A stretch of DNA of 60,707 bases, counting the filler, from Hausera hauseri (taxonomy: Eukaryota), in assembly GCA_046269625.1 (NCBI GenBank). It is 11 parts of 11 records of this genome, joined end to end, with 100 filler letters (N's around TTAATTAATTAA, not from the genome) between each part and the next. Parts side by side here need not be neighbours in the genome. Positions count along the whole stretch, not along the records: positions 42,636 to 48,293 come from JBJURY010211744.1; positions 48,394 to 53,131 come from JBJURY010455245.1; positions 53,232 to 60,707 come from JBJURY010012678.1; 8 more parts are not named here. One strand, written 5' to 3'. How positions within the stretch are numbered: the first letter of the stretch is position 1; each line of letters begins with the position of its first letter. This document shows, piece by piece, positions 46,386 through 59,200 of this stretch. The translations under genes and the position numbers were made by a program. The notes under the pieces are model-generated. The model saw nothing but the letters and a program-made list of their open reading frames with translations. It was not told where the DNA came from and did not search any database.

Positions 46386-47563
46386 TCAATTGAACGTATC
46401 ATCGTTGTAGAAATAGCTTTTGATCGAGTTTAAATAAACCAAAATGTCCTCAAATTGTTTTAACAGAAAGAAACACGATGCCATGCACTGTCGTCCGGGA
46501 ATTGTATCGCATTCACTCGCCGATCTGCCAACTAATTGGGAATATTGTTGGGCTAATTTTAGGTTTTCTCGAGATCCGTGTTCTTGCCGAATGGCAGTAT
46601 TAACGACGCCTTTCAAAATATATTCCAATGGTGTTGTTGGATCGACGTCTTTTATTAATTCTTATGCTTGCGTAACGTCATTCAGTTGTAAATAATAAAT
46701 TACTAAGTTTAATCGGGCTTCCGGTAGCGTATTTATTAATCCAGTTAGTGTTTGTAAAGCACCATCACCGTTACGGAAAACCGTTAGATTGTGTCGAAAT
46801 AGATCTTTAGCAAACACGAACGACTTTGTTGAAACGTCATAAAGAGCTTTCAAATCGGCTTCAGCAGCTTTGCTGTTGTATAGTTTGAAATGATTGCATG
46901 CTTTTAAATTGGTAGCAATAGCGCTATCTGGATAATGTTGAAGATAAATCTGAAGAACGTCCTGCGAAACGTCATAATAATCCAATTTGTAGTACCATAA
47001 TGCAACATAGACGTTCAAGGCAAGTAAATCTCGATTTTCCAACAAAATTCGTTTATAAACATCAATGGCTTCTAGATAATGATTACGCAAATAATGAATG
47101 GATGCAAGTGATAATTGATCTTCGATAACATCCTGCAAATTCTGATGGAACGACATTAGTCGACGTTCGTCATTGAATTTGTGCAATAAATGGCATTGCA
47201 GTCGGTTTTGGAGTCGGCTTTTCGGGGCTTTCTTTGTTGAAACATCGGCTTCTTGGTACATTCCGAGGAAAAACTGACAGAAACCTATATAAACCCAAAC
47301 GTCCGTGTTGTATTTAGATTTGGACGTTATGATTGTAAATTCATCAAGAGCTTTTTTATATTCGCCCACATGGAAACTGCAATATGCCACCCACAATTCG
47401 ACATTCTCCGGTAGACATTCGTTGTTTTCAAATAACCTAATAGCGTTATTGCGCCGGTGTAGTCGCGTTTTTCCGAAAAATCCTCTAACTTCGACAATTC
47501 TGTTTCTTTGTGGCTCTCTGGAAGACTAGCAGTGTCATTGACCGGTTTTGATTGAGACAACAA
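46386..47563 (-). pseudogene. IFT56: Intronless intraflagellar transport protein 56 (TTC26/DYF-13) pseudogene, 3' truncated
   Basis: Long conserved blocks [100 protein letters not shown]; frameshift ~47415, in-frame TAA at 46662, ends after YNDDTFN. Confidence 0.95.
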
Positions 47564-47580
47564 TATTTTACTTTAATATT

Positions 47581-47598
47581 ATCCCACTTCTGACACCA
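47581..47598 (-). promoter_or_regulatory. Primer-binding site, tRNA-Leu, preceded by an LTR-like end (..AAAACA at 47602)
   Basis: Minus strand aaaaca-aat-TGGTGTCAGAAGTGGGAT, an 18-nt Leu PBS used by Gypsy/Mag elements, 17 nt upstream of the IFT56 reading frame. Confidence 0.85.
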
Positions 47599-48393
47599 AT
47601 TTGTTTTATATTTGGTTACGCAAATAGTAAATCCACTGATAAATAAATCCACTCAACGACGAATTAAAAAAAATCTACTGATTCAAATTTTCAATCAATT
47701 TGTTAATTTTTTGTACAATTCTTTACATATATTTAAATATATACAAAAGCCAAAAATGTATAGTCAGACAGTCAGATAAGATAAAACTGCAATCAAGAGC
47801 AAGTGCAACTGTCTGTATTCTTGTCTGTCTGTTAGGAGAGAACATTACTGCTTGATTACAAATACCGCACTGGCAGCACACAATTCTTCTGCCTGCTAGT
47901 AGGGGATATTGTAGAAGTGTGAGATAACGTAAATATACTGAATCGTCGAGATTGTTATCCATGAATAATGGATGGTGAAATATTTTCATTGATGTTGTTA
48001 GTATAAGTGTAAAATAAATGGATACAAGAATTAATGACCCTATGACATTCATCAAATGTACTTTTCAACATCGTACTGTTCATCGTAAATTTCAGAAGCC
48101 GTAAATCCAATAGTTCCTAGCATCGTATCCAAAATCGCCAAGCTTAATATTGAGACATCGATCCGTTGTTTGCTTTCCAAAATGAGAGAGACACATGTCG
48201 GAGAGATTGCAATTTCTGTTGAGGTTGAATTTTCGAATTTGAGGAAAAAAGCTGTGCCCGCGACCGCGGCATCACAGGCACATTTCTAACAACNNNNNNN
48301 NNNNNNNNNNNNNNNNNNNNNNNNNNNNNNNNNNNNNTTAATTAATTAANNNNNNNNNNNNNNNNNNNNNNNNNNNNNNNNNNNNNNNNNNNN

Positions 48394-50093
48394 CAATATG
48401 CGTTGCACTGTATAATTGGCCAAGTAATGTTTTTAACGGATGCCTGTAGATTTCTTTGTAATTTGATTTGCTGAAGTAAATGTTTTGGCCCATCTGTGCA
48501 CTTCCATTGAGATTTAATATTGAACCACAGTGGGCCATAGTTGCCAACAACAAAGTGGGTTAGCGCATTTAGCTCAGTAGTTGGCTGTTCTGTGATGACA
48601 TTTAAACGGCATATTCTACTCGCAGTTGTTACCAATTTTGCCAAAGACATTGGTCCTAATCTTTCTTGTATTATATTACCACTGACGTTACCAGTACGTA
48701 TTACAATTATTATTCTATACAGATAGGATTGATCGAGACTAAGTTCGGCAAGATCAATATCCGGTAAAGGATCTCCATCATTGATAGTCTTAAATCCTGA
48801 CATGGCGAGTGCTTACCAATTGGTCCCTTCCACTGGTTTGGACCTTCGGATGGACCAATGTGCTCTTTGCATATGTGACGTAGTGTGAGCTCATTCAGAT
48901 GTATAAAACAAATAAGCCAATTTAAGGGACGGTCAAGTCTACGTTCTAACAGATGTATTTCTCCATTTCGATAACCTGTATTTACTTTTGCATTATCAGC
49001 TCCGACAGCCATGATCTTTTCTGCAGTGCTCATATCTACAATTGCTTCATAAAGTTCGTCAGCGATAGCAGTACCAGTTCCAAGATCTAACGTAATATAA
49101 CGTAAATAGAATGCTCCTGGTTCTCCAACATCTTCCATATACTATACCACTTTGTTTCTCTTTCCCTTTTTTACAAGTGTCTGATCCTTTTGACAATCAA
49201 AAATACTGTTTTTATATCCTCATCCTTTTCTGTTCTCTTGTTCCCCAAATTCCTTCTTAGCTTCTGTCTTGACCTCCACACTTTTCTATGATCATTTGTC
49301 ATACTTTCAAAAGTGATAATACCATAGTTCAACAGCGTTGCAGTGCTAATTGCTGCAGGAGCCCTGTTTGACACTCAATATTGATCTGCTTCCAGTGCGA
49401 CATTCGGACTTGGAATGGTATTTATATCTGGATTGCTCGTACCCTGCCACTTGTCAGCATCATCAGTGTCTTTTTTGTCTCCGTTTATATCGAGGTAACC
49501 TGAGAGTTCAACGTCCCCGCCAACAATATTTGATGAAATTTCTCAACTACTTTCAACTGTCCTTTGCCGTTCCTTTTTTTCTTTCCTTACAGTTTGTCTT
49601 GCTGCTTTTTTCTTCATTATACCTAAAACTTTTCTATCAACTCCACCGATCTGCATCACGCGTGAAGTTCTTTGGTCAAGTAAGAAATGCTGCTCTTGTC
49701 GTGGGACTTTAACTTCTTTGTCACAGGTACAAACAGAAAGTTGCACTAACAAGCCTCAATATTAAATAACTTGTCTAGACTATTTCTAAATCTTTTTGTC
49801 TTTTCGGCATCCTTGCTCTGCTTTGATGTCTGTGACCTTTCATGCATCAATCGAAGCAACTTAATCTTTACATTTTTGAGTAACTGGGTGAACTGTCAGC
49901 ATGATTCCATATCTTAATAATACTCGCATCTAACTGTGGAACGATGTTCTTGTTACTAGTATGCTTCTTCGCCTTTAAAAACACAAAATGTTGTCCAACT
50001 TTCAGTCGCGTTAGAAGGTGAGAAGCTGGTAATGACGACAATGATGATCCAAATGCACTATGGTTAGTTGATTTTCGTGTTGTGTTTGCTCAT
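48394..50093 (-). mobile_element. Decayed hAT-related (hATm/hATx-like) DDE transposase
   Basis: TRKSTNHSAFG.. N-terminus; VGADNAKVNTG..LERRLDRPLNWLICFIHLNELTLRH (D..NTG and CxxH); LSLDQSYLY..TTASRICRL..YGPLWFNIK; many frameshifts; subfamily uncertain. Confidence 0.7.
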
Positions 50094-52419
50094 TTAAACG
50101 TCTAAAAAATAAACATGTAGTAGTCATATCATAGAATACAGATATCGTGAAATAGTCACATGAAATAGTTATTCTGCCACTAATTAATACAGTTAACCAT
50201 GTTATATATTTACCGTGCTATTGTTATTAACTCATTTATATTCAAAATTACTTACTTGGCAACTCTGCCAAACAAATGTTTTAATTTGCACGAAAACATG
50301 ACTTTTCGTGATTTTTCTTCATTTTTATGTTACCACCTACATTATTTGTGCCAGTCTTCATTTTATTGATTAGAAACTTTATATAGCAACATAATATTGT
50401 ATTTTATGAAACATTTAATGGTGTATAAAAAATTGTAATTTTTTGTATCCAAAGGGTTATTATGTAAAAAGCCTATGATTATCCAGGTATAAATACCTGG
50501 CCATTTTTGGTAGAAAACACACAAAAACTGTTAGCTTGAACCGCTATACCTCTACTTGAATTTGTTCAATTAGTGAGTTTTGTTCATTTTATGATTATCA
50601 TTGTTTATTCATTCTTTTTGAAAATATTATTTTATTTTTGCTCTACCTTGTTTTTATTCTAAGTAAATAAATAAGTGAGTAACCTCTAAGTAATTTTGGA
50701 AAGCTAGCCGTCCAGGTCGAACCCTACCTGACGGCAACCTGTTTAATTTTAAGTAAAGAAAGAGAGCTATATTATAACCTTAGTAAGTAAAAGCAATCAC
50801 AGGCCCACAGCCTACTTGTCCCCGACACACAGACATAGGATAGCTTAGGTAAGGTCCTAGAGTCTGTACTTGTTCATCTCATATTTCACACGTAAAGAAA
50901 GTTAAAAGTCTCTCCCAGATGAAATATTGTAGATATTGAACATTCTATCAATAGTCATAAATATCATCATCATCATCATCACCATCATAAAAACAATTTC
51001 ATCGTCAGTAAAACTCAGTGGCCAATGCAGATTCCAGATTATTCTTTAAATGTACATAAAGGTAATACTATTTCCTCTTTATGCTTATTTCCTGGCACTA
51101 CTGCATTACATGGTACATCATAATTCCTTCCATTCGATTGCTAATGCAGCCTCGGCATTTCATCTAATATTTGAAACATTCAGGCATCCCTGACTTAAGA
51201 GCTCGATTGGTGCATTCCGAATATCTATTTGAAATCTAATTTTGATTACGTTTTGGCTGAGAAATCAAGAAAATACCAGTTTTGCAAACATGTGAATTTT
51301 ATATATGGAATATGAGGGTCTGTTTGAGAAAAATATTTTTTTCAACTATGAAATATTTTTATTTCATACGTATACGCTACCTTTTTCGCTTTCGTATGAT
51401 TACAAGAAAGTTTTTAAAACAAAACACTTGAAGGGTTTAGAGCGAAGAAAAAAGATCCTTGATACACGGTTTTGAATAAATCTACTATTCGATCGCTTAT
51501 ACAAAGGTTTTCACGCTTAATTAGAATGTGACTTAAATTATGTTCCGAATAATTTTTCATGATTTATTACTTCAGCCAAAGCGTTAATAAAATTAAATTT
51601 TAAGTAGATATTCGGAATCTACTAGTCAAGCTCTATCGAGTTCCATCAAAAATGCAGGGATTCATGTTCGTTTCGACACAACTGGATAAATGTTAGTTTG
51701 CCAGGTGACTAATATTTTATCGAAAACATTCAAACCAACGAAAAAAATAGTATTTCGAATATTCTCTGATACTCCCTACGGTGATACTTGACGTTTGAAT
51801 GCATCAAATTTTTGGTTGTAATGTTACTAACTGAAAGCAACTGAAAATACTGTAAAACTATCTGTCGATATATCCCACACCACAGGATCGAATAAAGGTC
51901 AGAATGAATGGCAATGTCGTGGAAATATTTAACTGTGGATGAAAAGAGGTGTAGACATTATTGATAATATTAATACTTTTTTCTGCCATAGCAGCCTGTA
52001 TAGCAGTGCATATATTTATATATTTATTTCCATATATCATCCTCAACTGTTTCTTGACGGTTTTTAATGATATTGAGGATTGATGAATTTTCTTTTGTGT
52101 GCATTACTGGTTTAATTTCTTGCATAACGGGAATTTCGGGATTCACTTTGACAACTTGCACGTGTGTCGTAATACCATCGGGATTTGCCATTTCATAAGC
52201 CTCCGGGCCATCATATGCGTGATTTGAATGGCATTCGTTCGTTTCATTCCGTGAATTGTCACAGAGTGGCTGTCGCTCTTCTTTGAAATTGTTTTTCTCG
52301 GAGATCGATGTTGACTCCCAACATACAAATTATTTTCACTCTTATCCATTTATAACTTGTTGAACAGACGTGCTTCGAAATTTGACATACAACTTTATGA
52401 ATGCATATTTTTGTTTCGG

Positions 52420-52561
52420 TAGAACGTCTAAAATCACCGATCAATTTTTCACAGATACCCCCATCTTGGCATTTAACATTTTACAAGTATCGACAAATAT
52501 CGACCTCGTGTCCCACGTGGACAGATACGTGTAAACTATTGATCTGATCTATACAACGACC
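52420..52561 (-). pseudogene. Degenerate EGF-like repeat fragment fused after SPAG1
   Basis: GRCIDQINS[frameshift]TRICPRGTRGRY..NVKCQDGGICEKLIGDFR resembles Notch/Slit/fibropellin-type EGF repeats. Confidence 0.55.
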
Positions 52562-52771
52562 TTGTGGTGCTAAATTTTTCAGCTTGTCCTCGCAAAACTT
52601 TTCCAACTCCGGGTACTTTCCTTCTTCTCCTGCCTTTAATGTTAGATATATTTTTTCTAACTCTCGAACATCTCTACATTTTTCAATATAATCAAAATCC
52701 AAATGACCGATTGGAATACCAAATGTTTTTGAAACTCCTTCACCAATTTCCATAGCTTCTATTACATGCAA
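52562..52771 (-). pseudogene. SPAG1: N-terminal fragment of SPAG1 (axonemal dynein assembly factor)
   Basis: GVSKTFGIPIGHLDFDYIEKCRDVRELEKIYLTLKAGEEGKYPELEKFCEDKLKNLAP matches the SPAG1 N-terminal signature; similarity stops after LAPQ. Confidence 0.85.
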
Positions 52772-52797
52772 TTATAAAACAATAGTTTTGTAAACAC

Positions 52798-53131
52798 TGT
52801 GTACGACCCTCAACACTCGGTGAACCATGGTCACTCTCGTCTTCCCAGTTCTCCGAACCCTGCCAGGGGTCATTCAATCATTATTTTTCACACTCTATTT
52901 TATGTCACGCATGCTCATTCAACCATATTAACCTTTTAACAACCCTTATTTTTGTACAACTTTTTATGCACAGTACAACCAACATGAGCACACATACATT
53001 CATATATACATTATATATAATTTTATATAATTACATTATATACATTTTATTCACCCCCTATACCTCTTCCGTTGGGGTTTGACCGGATTCCCCAACCAGT
53101 CAATCCGGTTCCAACATTTCCCCCCTCCTTG
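52798..53131 (-). mobile_element. PPT + putative 3' LTR (52798-53116) just upstream of the SPAG1 fragment
   Basis: Minus strand aaggaggggggaaa-TGTTGG...cgtacaCA with internal AATAAA; downstream boundary tentative. Confidence 0.55.
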
Positions 53132-53231
53132 NNNNNNNNNNNNNNNNNNNNNNNNNNNNNNNNNNNNNNNNNNNNTTAATTAATTAANNNNNNNNNNNNN
53201 NNNNNNNNNNNNNNNNNNNNNNNNNNNNNNN

Positions 53232-56200
53232 TGTTCCCCTCGTTCTTTCGTTCCTTCATTCGTTCTTTCGTTCTTTCTTTCATTTCTTCATTCGATCGCT
53301 CGTCCATTCGTTCGTTCCTTCGTTCTTTCGTTGGAGTGTTCATTCTTTCGTTTGTGCTTTTATTCGTTCTTTCGTTCTTTCTTTTGTTTCTTCATTCGTT
53401 CGCTCCTTCATTCGTTCGTTCCTTCGTTCTTTCGTTCGTTCTTTCCTTCTTATCTTTCGGTAGTTCGTTCATTCTTTCTTTTTTTCATTCTTTCATTTGC
53501 TTTTTCTTTAGTTCGTTCTTTCTTTCGTTCATTCGTTCTTTCTTTTTTTCGTTCCTCCGTTCTTTCACTCTTTCCTTCGTTCCTTTGCTCATCCGTTCTT
53601 TCACTCGTTTGTTTCTTAGTTCCTTCGTTCGGTCTTTCTTTTTCTCTTTCGTTCATTCGTTCGTTCATTCGTTCTTTTCTTCGTTCCTTCGCTCGTTCGT
53701 TCTTTCATTCGTTTGTTCTTTCATTTCTTCTTTCATTCTTTCGTTCGTTCCTTCATTCGTTCTTTCGTTCTTTCTTTCATTTCTTCATTTGATCGCTCGT
53801 CCATTCGTTCGTTCCTTCGTTCTTTCGTTCGATTGTTCATTCTTTCGTTTGTTCTTTCATTCGTTCTTTCGTTCTTTCTTTCGTTTCTTCATTCGTTCGC
53901 TCGTTCATTCCTTCGTTCCTTCGTTCCTTCGTTCGTTTTTTCTTTTTATCTTTCGTTCGTTCTTTCATTCATTCATTCGTTCGTTCGTTCTTTCTTTCGT
54001 TCGTTCGCTCGTTCTTTCTTTCCTTCGTTCTTTCATTTGTTCCTTCTTTCGTTCCTTCATTCATTCGTTCCTTCTTTCCTTTGTTCTTTCGTTTTATTGT
54101 TTGTTCCCTCCTTATTTCGTTCCTTATTTTGTTCATTCGTTCTTTCTTTTTTTCGATCATCCGTTCTTTCCTTCGTTCGTTCGTTCTTTCCTTCGTTCCT
54201 TCGCTCGTTCGTTTTTTCATTCGTTTGTTCTTTTATTTCTTCTTTTATTCTTTCTTTCGTTCCTTTATTCGTTCTTTCGTTCTTTCTTTCATTTCTTCAT
54301 TCGATCGCTCGTCCATTCGTTCGTTCCTTCGTTCTTTCAATCCTTCCTTCATTCTTTCGTTTGTTCCTTCTTTCTTTCCTTCATTTATTCCTTCCTTCTT
54401 TCCTTTGTTCTTTTGTTTTTTCGTTTGTTCCCTCGTTCTTTCGTTCTTTCTTTCATTTGTTTTTTTGCTCTTTCGTTCGTTCATTCGTTTGTTCTTTCAA
54501 TCCTTCGTTCATTCTTTCGTTTGTTCCTTCATTCATTCGTTCGTTATTTCTTTCGTTCCTTCGTTCCTTCGATCGTCCGTTCTTTCGTTAGTTCTTTCGT
54601 TCTTTCTTTCGTTTCTTCATTCGTTCGCTCCTTCCTTCGTTCGTTCCTTCATTCTTTCGTTCGTTCATTCGTTCTTCCTTTTTTTCGATCGTCCGTTCTT
54701 TCGTTCGTTCCTTCTTTCTTTCCTTCGTTCCTTCGCTCGTTCGTTCTTTCATTCGTTTGTTCTTTCATTCCTTCCTTCATTCTTTCATTCTTTCCTTCAT
54801 TCATTCGTTTGTTATTTCTTTCGTTCCTTTGTTCCTTCATTTCTTCGTTCGTTCTTTCCTTCTTTCGTTCGCTCTTTCGTTCTTTTGCTCATTCGTTCCT
54901 TCTTTCGTTCGTTCCTTCATTCATTTTTTCGTTCGTTCTTTCGTTTATACTTTAGTTCTTTCTTTCTTTCCTTCGTTCGTTCCTTCGTTTTTTCGTTTGT
55001 TCATTTCTTTGCTCATTCGTTCGCTCGTTCGTTTCTTCAATCGTTCACTCGTTGGCTCATTCGTTCCTTCTTTCTTTCCTTCATTCTTTCTTTGTTTCGT
55101 TCGTTCGTTCGTTCCTTCGCTCCATCATTCGTTCTTTCATTCGTTCATTCTTTCCTTCGTTCATTCTATCGTTCGTTCTTTCATTCGGTAGTTCTTTCAT
55201 TTTTTCTTTCCTTCATTCCCTTGCTCCTTCGTACTTTCATTCCTTCGTTATTCTTTCGTTCTTTCTTTGGTTCGTTATTTCATTTGTTCGATCTTTCTTT
55301 CGTTCGTTCGTTTGTTCTTTCATTCTTTCTTTCATTCGTTCGTTCTTTTGTTTGCTCCTTCGTTTCTTCGTTCGCTTATTCATACTTTCGTTTGTTTCTT
55401 CATTCGTTCGCTCGTTTGATTGTTCGTTCTTTCGTTCCTTCGTTCCTTCATTTCTTCGTTCGTTCTTTCCTTCGTTCATTCGCTCGTTCGTTCTTTCGCT
55501 CGTTCGTTACTTCTTTCTTTCGTTACTTCCTTCATTCTTTCGTTCGTTCGTTCATTCGTTCGGTCGTTTGTTTGTTCGTTCTTCCTTCGCTCCATCGTTC
55601 GTTTATTCGTTCGTTCATTCTTTCTTTCCTTTGTTCATTCGTTGCTTCGTTCTTTCCTGCGTTCTTTCTATTGTTCTTTCGTTCTTTCATTCATTCTTTC
55701 CTTCTTTCCTTTGTTCATTCATTTGTTCGTTCGGTCGTTCATTCTTTCGTTCCTTTCTTCATTCATTCGCTCGTTCGCTCGTTCATTCCTTCTTTCTTTC
55801 GTTCCGTCGTTCATTCTTTCGTTCGCTCGTTCATTCCTTCGCTCCATCGTTCATTCTTTCGTTCGTTCGTTCGTTCATTCGTTCCTTCGTTCATTCTTTC
55901 GTTCGTCCGTTCATTCGTTCCTTCTTTCGCTTTTTCTTTCATTCATTCCTTCGCTCCTTCTTTCTTCTTTCGTTCGTTTGATTTTTCGTTCGGTCCATCG
56001 TTCATTCGTTCCTTCTTTCGTTTGTTCTTTCCTTTCTTCGCTCGTTTGTTCGTTCATTCGTTTATTCGTTCATTGTTTCGTTCTTTCCTGCTTTGTTTCT
56101 ATCATTCTTTCGTTCTTTCATTCATTCGTTCCTTCTTTCCTTTCTTCGTTCCTTTGTTCGTTCATTCGTTCATTTTTTCATTCCTTCATTCATTCGTTTC

Positions 56201-59200
56201 TTCTTTCATTCCTTCATTCGTTCGTTCCTTCTTTCCTTTGTTCTTTCATTTGTTTGCTCGTTCGTTCCTTCTTTCTTTCGTTCCTTCGTTCATTCATTCG
56301 TTCTTTCGTTCGTTCTTTCATTCCTTTGTTTTTTCTTTCCATCGTTCATTCTTTCTTTCGTTCCTTCATTCATTCGATCGTTATTTCTTTCGTTCCTTTG
56401 TTCCTTCGCTTGTTCGTTCGTTCATTTGTTCGCTCGTTTGTTGGTTCGTTCTTTTGTTCCTTCGTTCCTTCATTTCTTCGTTCGTTCTTTCCTTCGTTCG
56501 TTCGCTCGTTCGCTCTTTCGATCGTTCCTTCCTTCTATCGTTCGTTCCTTTGTTCATTCCTTCGTTCGTTCTTTCGTTCATTCTTTTGTTCGTTCGTTCT
56601 TTCCTTTGTTCGTTCCTTCGTTTGATCGTCCGTTCATTTCTTCGTTCGTTCGTTCTTTCGTTCGTTCATTCTTTCGTTCTTTCTTTCGTTCGTTTGTTCG
56701 TTCTTTCCTTCGTTCGTTCGTTCATTCGTTCATTCCTTCGTTTGCTCTTTCGTTCGTTTTTTCATTCGTTCGTTAGTTCTTTCCTTCTTTCGTTCCTTCG
56801 CTTGTTCGTCCGTTCATTTCTTCGTTCGTACTTTCTTTAGTTCGTTCTTTCGTTCAATCGTTCGTTCTTTCATTCGTTCCTTCTTTCGTTCGTTCCTTCC
56901 TTTATTCTTTCGTTCTTTCCTTTGTTCTTTTATTCATTCACTCCTTCGTTTTTTCCTTTCTTCGTTCCTTCACACGCTCGTTCGTTCTTTCCTTCGTTCG
57001 TTCCTTCGTTTGTTCGTCCGTTCATTTCTTCGTTCGTTCGTTCTTTCGTTCTTTCATTCTTTCGTTCTTTCTTTCGTTCATTCGTTCGTTCTTTCTTTCG
57101 TTCGTTCGTTCATTCGTTCATTCTTTCATTCCTTCATTCATTCGTTTTTTCTTTCATTCCTTCATTCGTTCGTTCCTTCTTTCCTTTGTTCTTTCATTTG
57201 TTCGTTCTTTCGTTCCTTCTTTCTTTCTTTCCTTCGTTCATTCTTTCGTACCTTCGTTCGTTCCTTCTCTCCATCGTTTGCTCCTTCGTTCGTTCATTCG
57301 TTCATTCGTTTATTCGTTCGTTGCTTCGTTCTTTCCTGCGTTATGTCGATCGTCCTTTCGTACTTTCATTCATTCGTTCCTTCTTTCCTTTCTTCGTTCG
57401 TTTGTTCGTTCATTCGTTCATTCTTTCATTCCTTCATTCATTCGTTCCTTCTTTCATTACTTTATTCGTTCGTTCCTTTTATCCTTTGTTCTTTCATTTG
57501 TTTGCTCGTTCGTTGCTTCTTTCGTTCGTTCCTTCGTTTATTCTTTCGTTCGTTTGTTCGTTCTTTCATTCGATCTTTCATTCGTCCGCTCATTCATTCG
57601 TTCCTTCTTTCCTTTTTTCTTCCGTTTGTTCGTTTGTTCGTTCGTTCTTTCATTCGTTTCTTCATTCTTTCGCTCGTTCGTTCCTTCTTTCTTTCTTTCC
57701 TTCGTTCGTTCCTTCGCTCCATCGTTCGTTCCTTCGTTCGTCCATTCGTTCCTTTATTTATTCGTTCGTTGCTTCGTTCTTTCCTGCTTTGTTCTTCTCA
57801 TTCTTTCGTTCTTTCATTCATTCGTTCCTTTTTTCCTTTCTTCGTTCGTTTGTTCGTTCATTCGTTCATTCTTTCATTCCTTCATTCATTCGTTCCTTCT
57901 TTCATTCTTTCATTCGTTCGTTCCTTCTTTCCTTTGTTCTTTCATTTGTTCGTTCTTTCGTTCCTTCTTTCGTTCGTTCCTTTGTTCATTCTTTCGTTCG
58001 TTCTTTCGTTCATTCTTTCGTTCGTTCGTTCTTTCCTTTGTTCGTTCCTTCGTTTGTTCGTCCGTTCATTTCTTCGTTCGTTCGTTCTTTTGTTCGTTCA
58101 TTCTTTCGTTCTTTCTTTCGTTCGTTCGTTTATTCTTTCGTTCTTTCGTTCGTTCTTTCATTCCTTTGTTTTTTCTTTCCATCGTTCATTCTTTCTTTCG
58201 TTCCTTCATTCATNNNNNNNNNNNNNNNNNNNNNNNNNNNNNNNNNNNNNNNNNNNNNNNNNNNNNNNNNNNNNNNNNNNNNNNNNNNNNNNNNNNNNNN
58301 NNNNNNNNNNNNNTCGATCGTTATTTCTTTCGTTCCTTTGTTCCTTCGCTTGTTCGTTCGTTTATTTGTTCGCTCGTTTGTTGATTCGTTCTTTCGTTCC
58401 TTCGTTCCTTCATTTCTTCGTTCGTTCTTTCCTTCGTTCGTTCGTTCATTCTTTCATTCCTTCGTTCGTTTTTTCGTTCATTCTTTCGTTCGTTCGTTCT
58501 TTCCTTCGTTCGTTCCTTCGTTTGTTCGTCCCTTCATTTCTTCGTTCGTTCGTTCTTTCGTTCGTTCATTCTTTCGTTCATTCTTTCGTTCTTTTTTTCG
58601 TTCGTTCGTTCGTTCTTTCGTTCGTTCGTTCGTTCATTCTTTCATTCTTTCGTTCGTTTTTTCGTTCATTCCTTCGTTCCTTCGTTCTTTCCTTCGTTCG
58701 TTCCTTCGCTTGTTCTTCCGTTCATTTTTTCGTTCGTCCTTTCTTTAATTCGTTCTCTCGTTCGTTCTTTCGTTCAGTCATTCTTTCCTTTGTTCGTTGC
58801 TTCGTTCTTTCCTGCGTTCTTTCGATCGTTCTTTCGTTCTTTCATTCATTCGTTCCTTCTTTCCTTTGTTCATTCGTTTGTTCGTTCGTTCGTTCGTTCA
58901 TTCTTTCGTTTGTTTCTTCATTCGCTTGCTCTTTTGCCCGTTTGGTCGTTCGCTCGTTCGTTCCTTCTTTCTTTCGTTCATTCGTTCGTTCTTTCGTTCT
59001 TTCGTTCTTTCCTTCGCTCCATCGTTCGTTCATTCGTTCGCTCATTCGTTCCTTCGTTTGTTCGTTCGTTGCTTCGTTCTTTCATGCGTTATTTCGATCG
59101 TTCTTTCGTACTTTCATTCATTCGTTCCTTCTTTCCTTTCTTCGTTCGTTCCTTCGTTCATTCTTTCGTTCTTTCGTTCCTTTTTTCTTTCCTTCATTCA

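Noticed and set aside
46662-46664. Alternative genetic code (TAA/TAG at Tyr positions in IFT56 and the TBP-like gene, TGA at Trp in the MAEL-like gene)
   Set aside because: Each is one substitution from the sense codon, frameshifts occur in the same or adjacent genes, and normal TAA/TAG/TGA stops are used elsewhere; pseudogene decay is simpler.
42081-47598. tRNA genes at 42081-42098 and 47581-47598
   Set aside because: Only the 3'-terminal 18 nt including CCA match and there is no cloverleaf; these are primer-binding sites.
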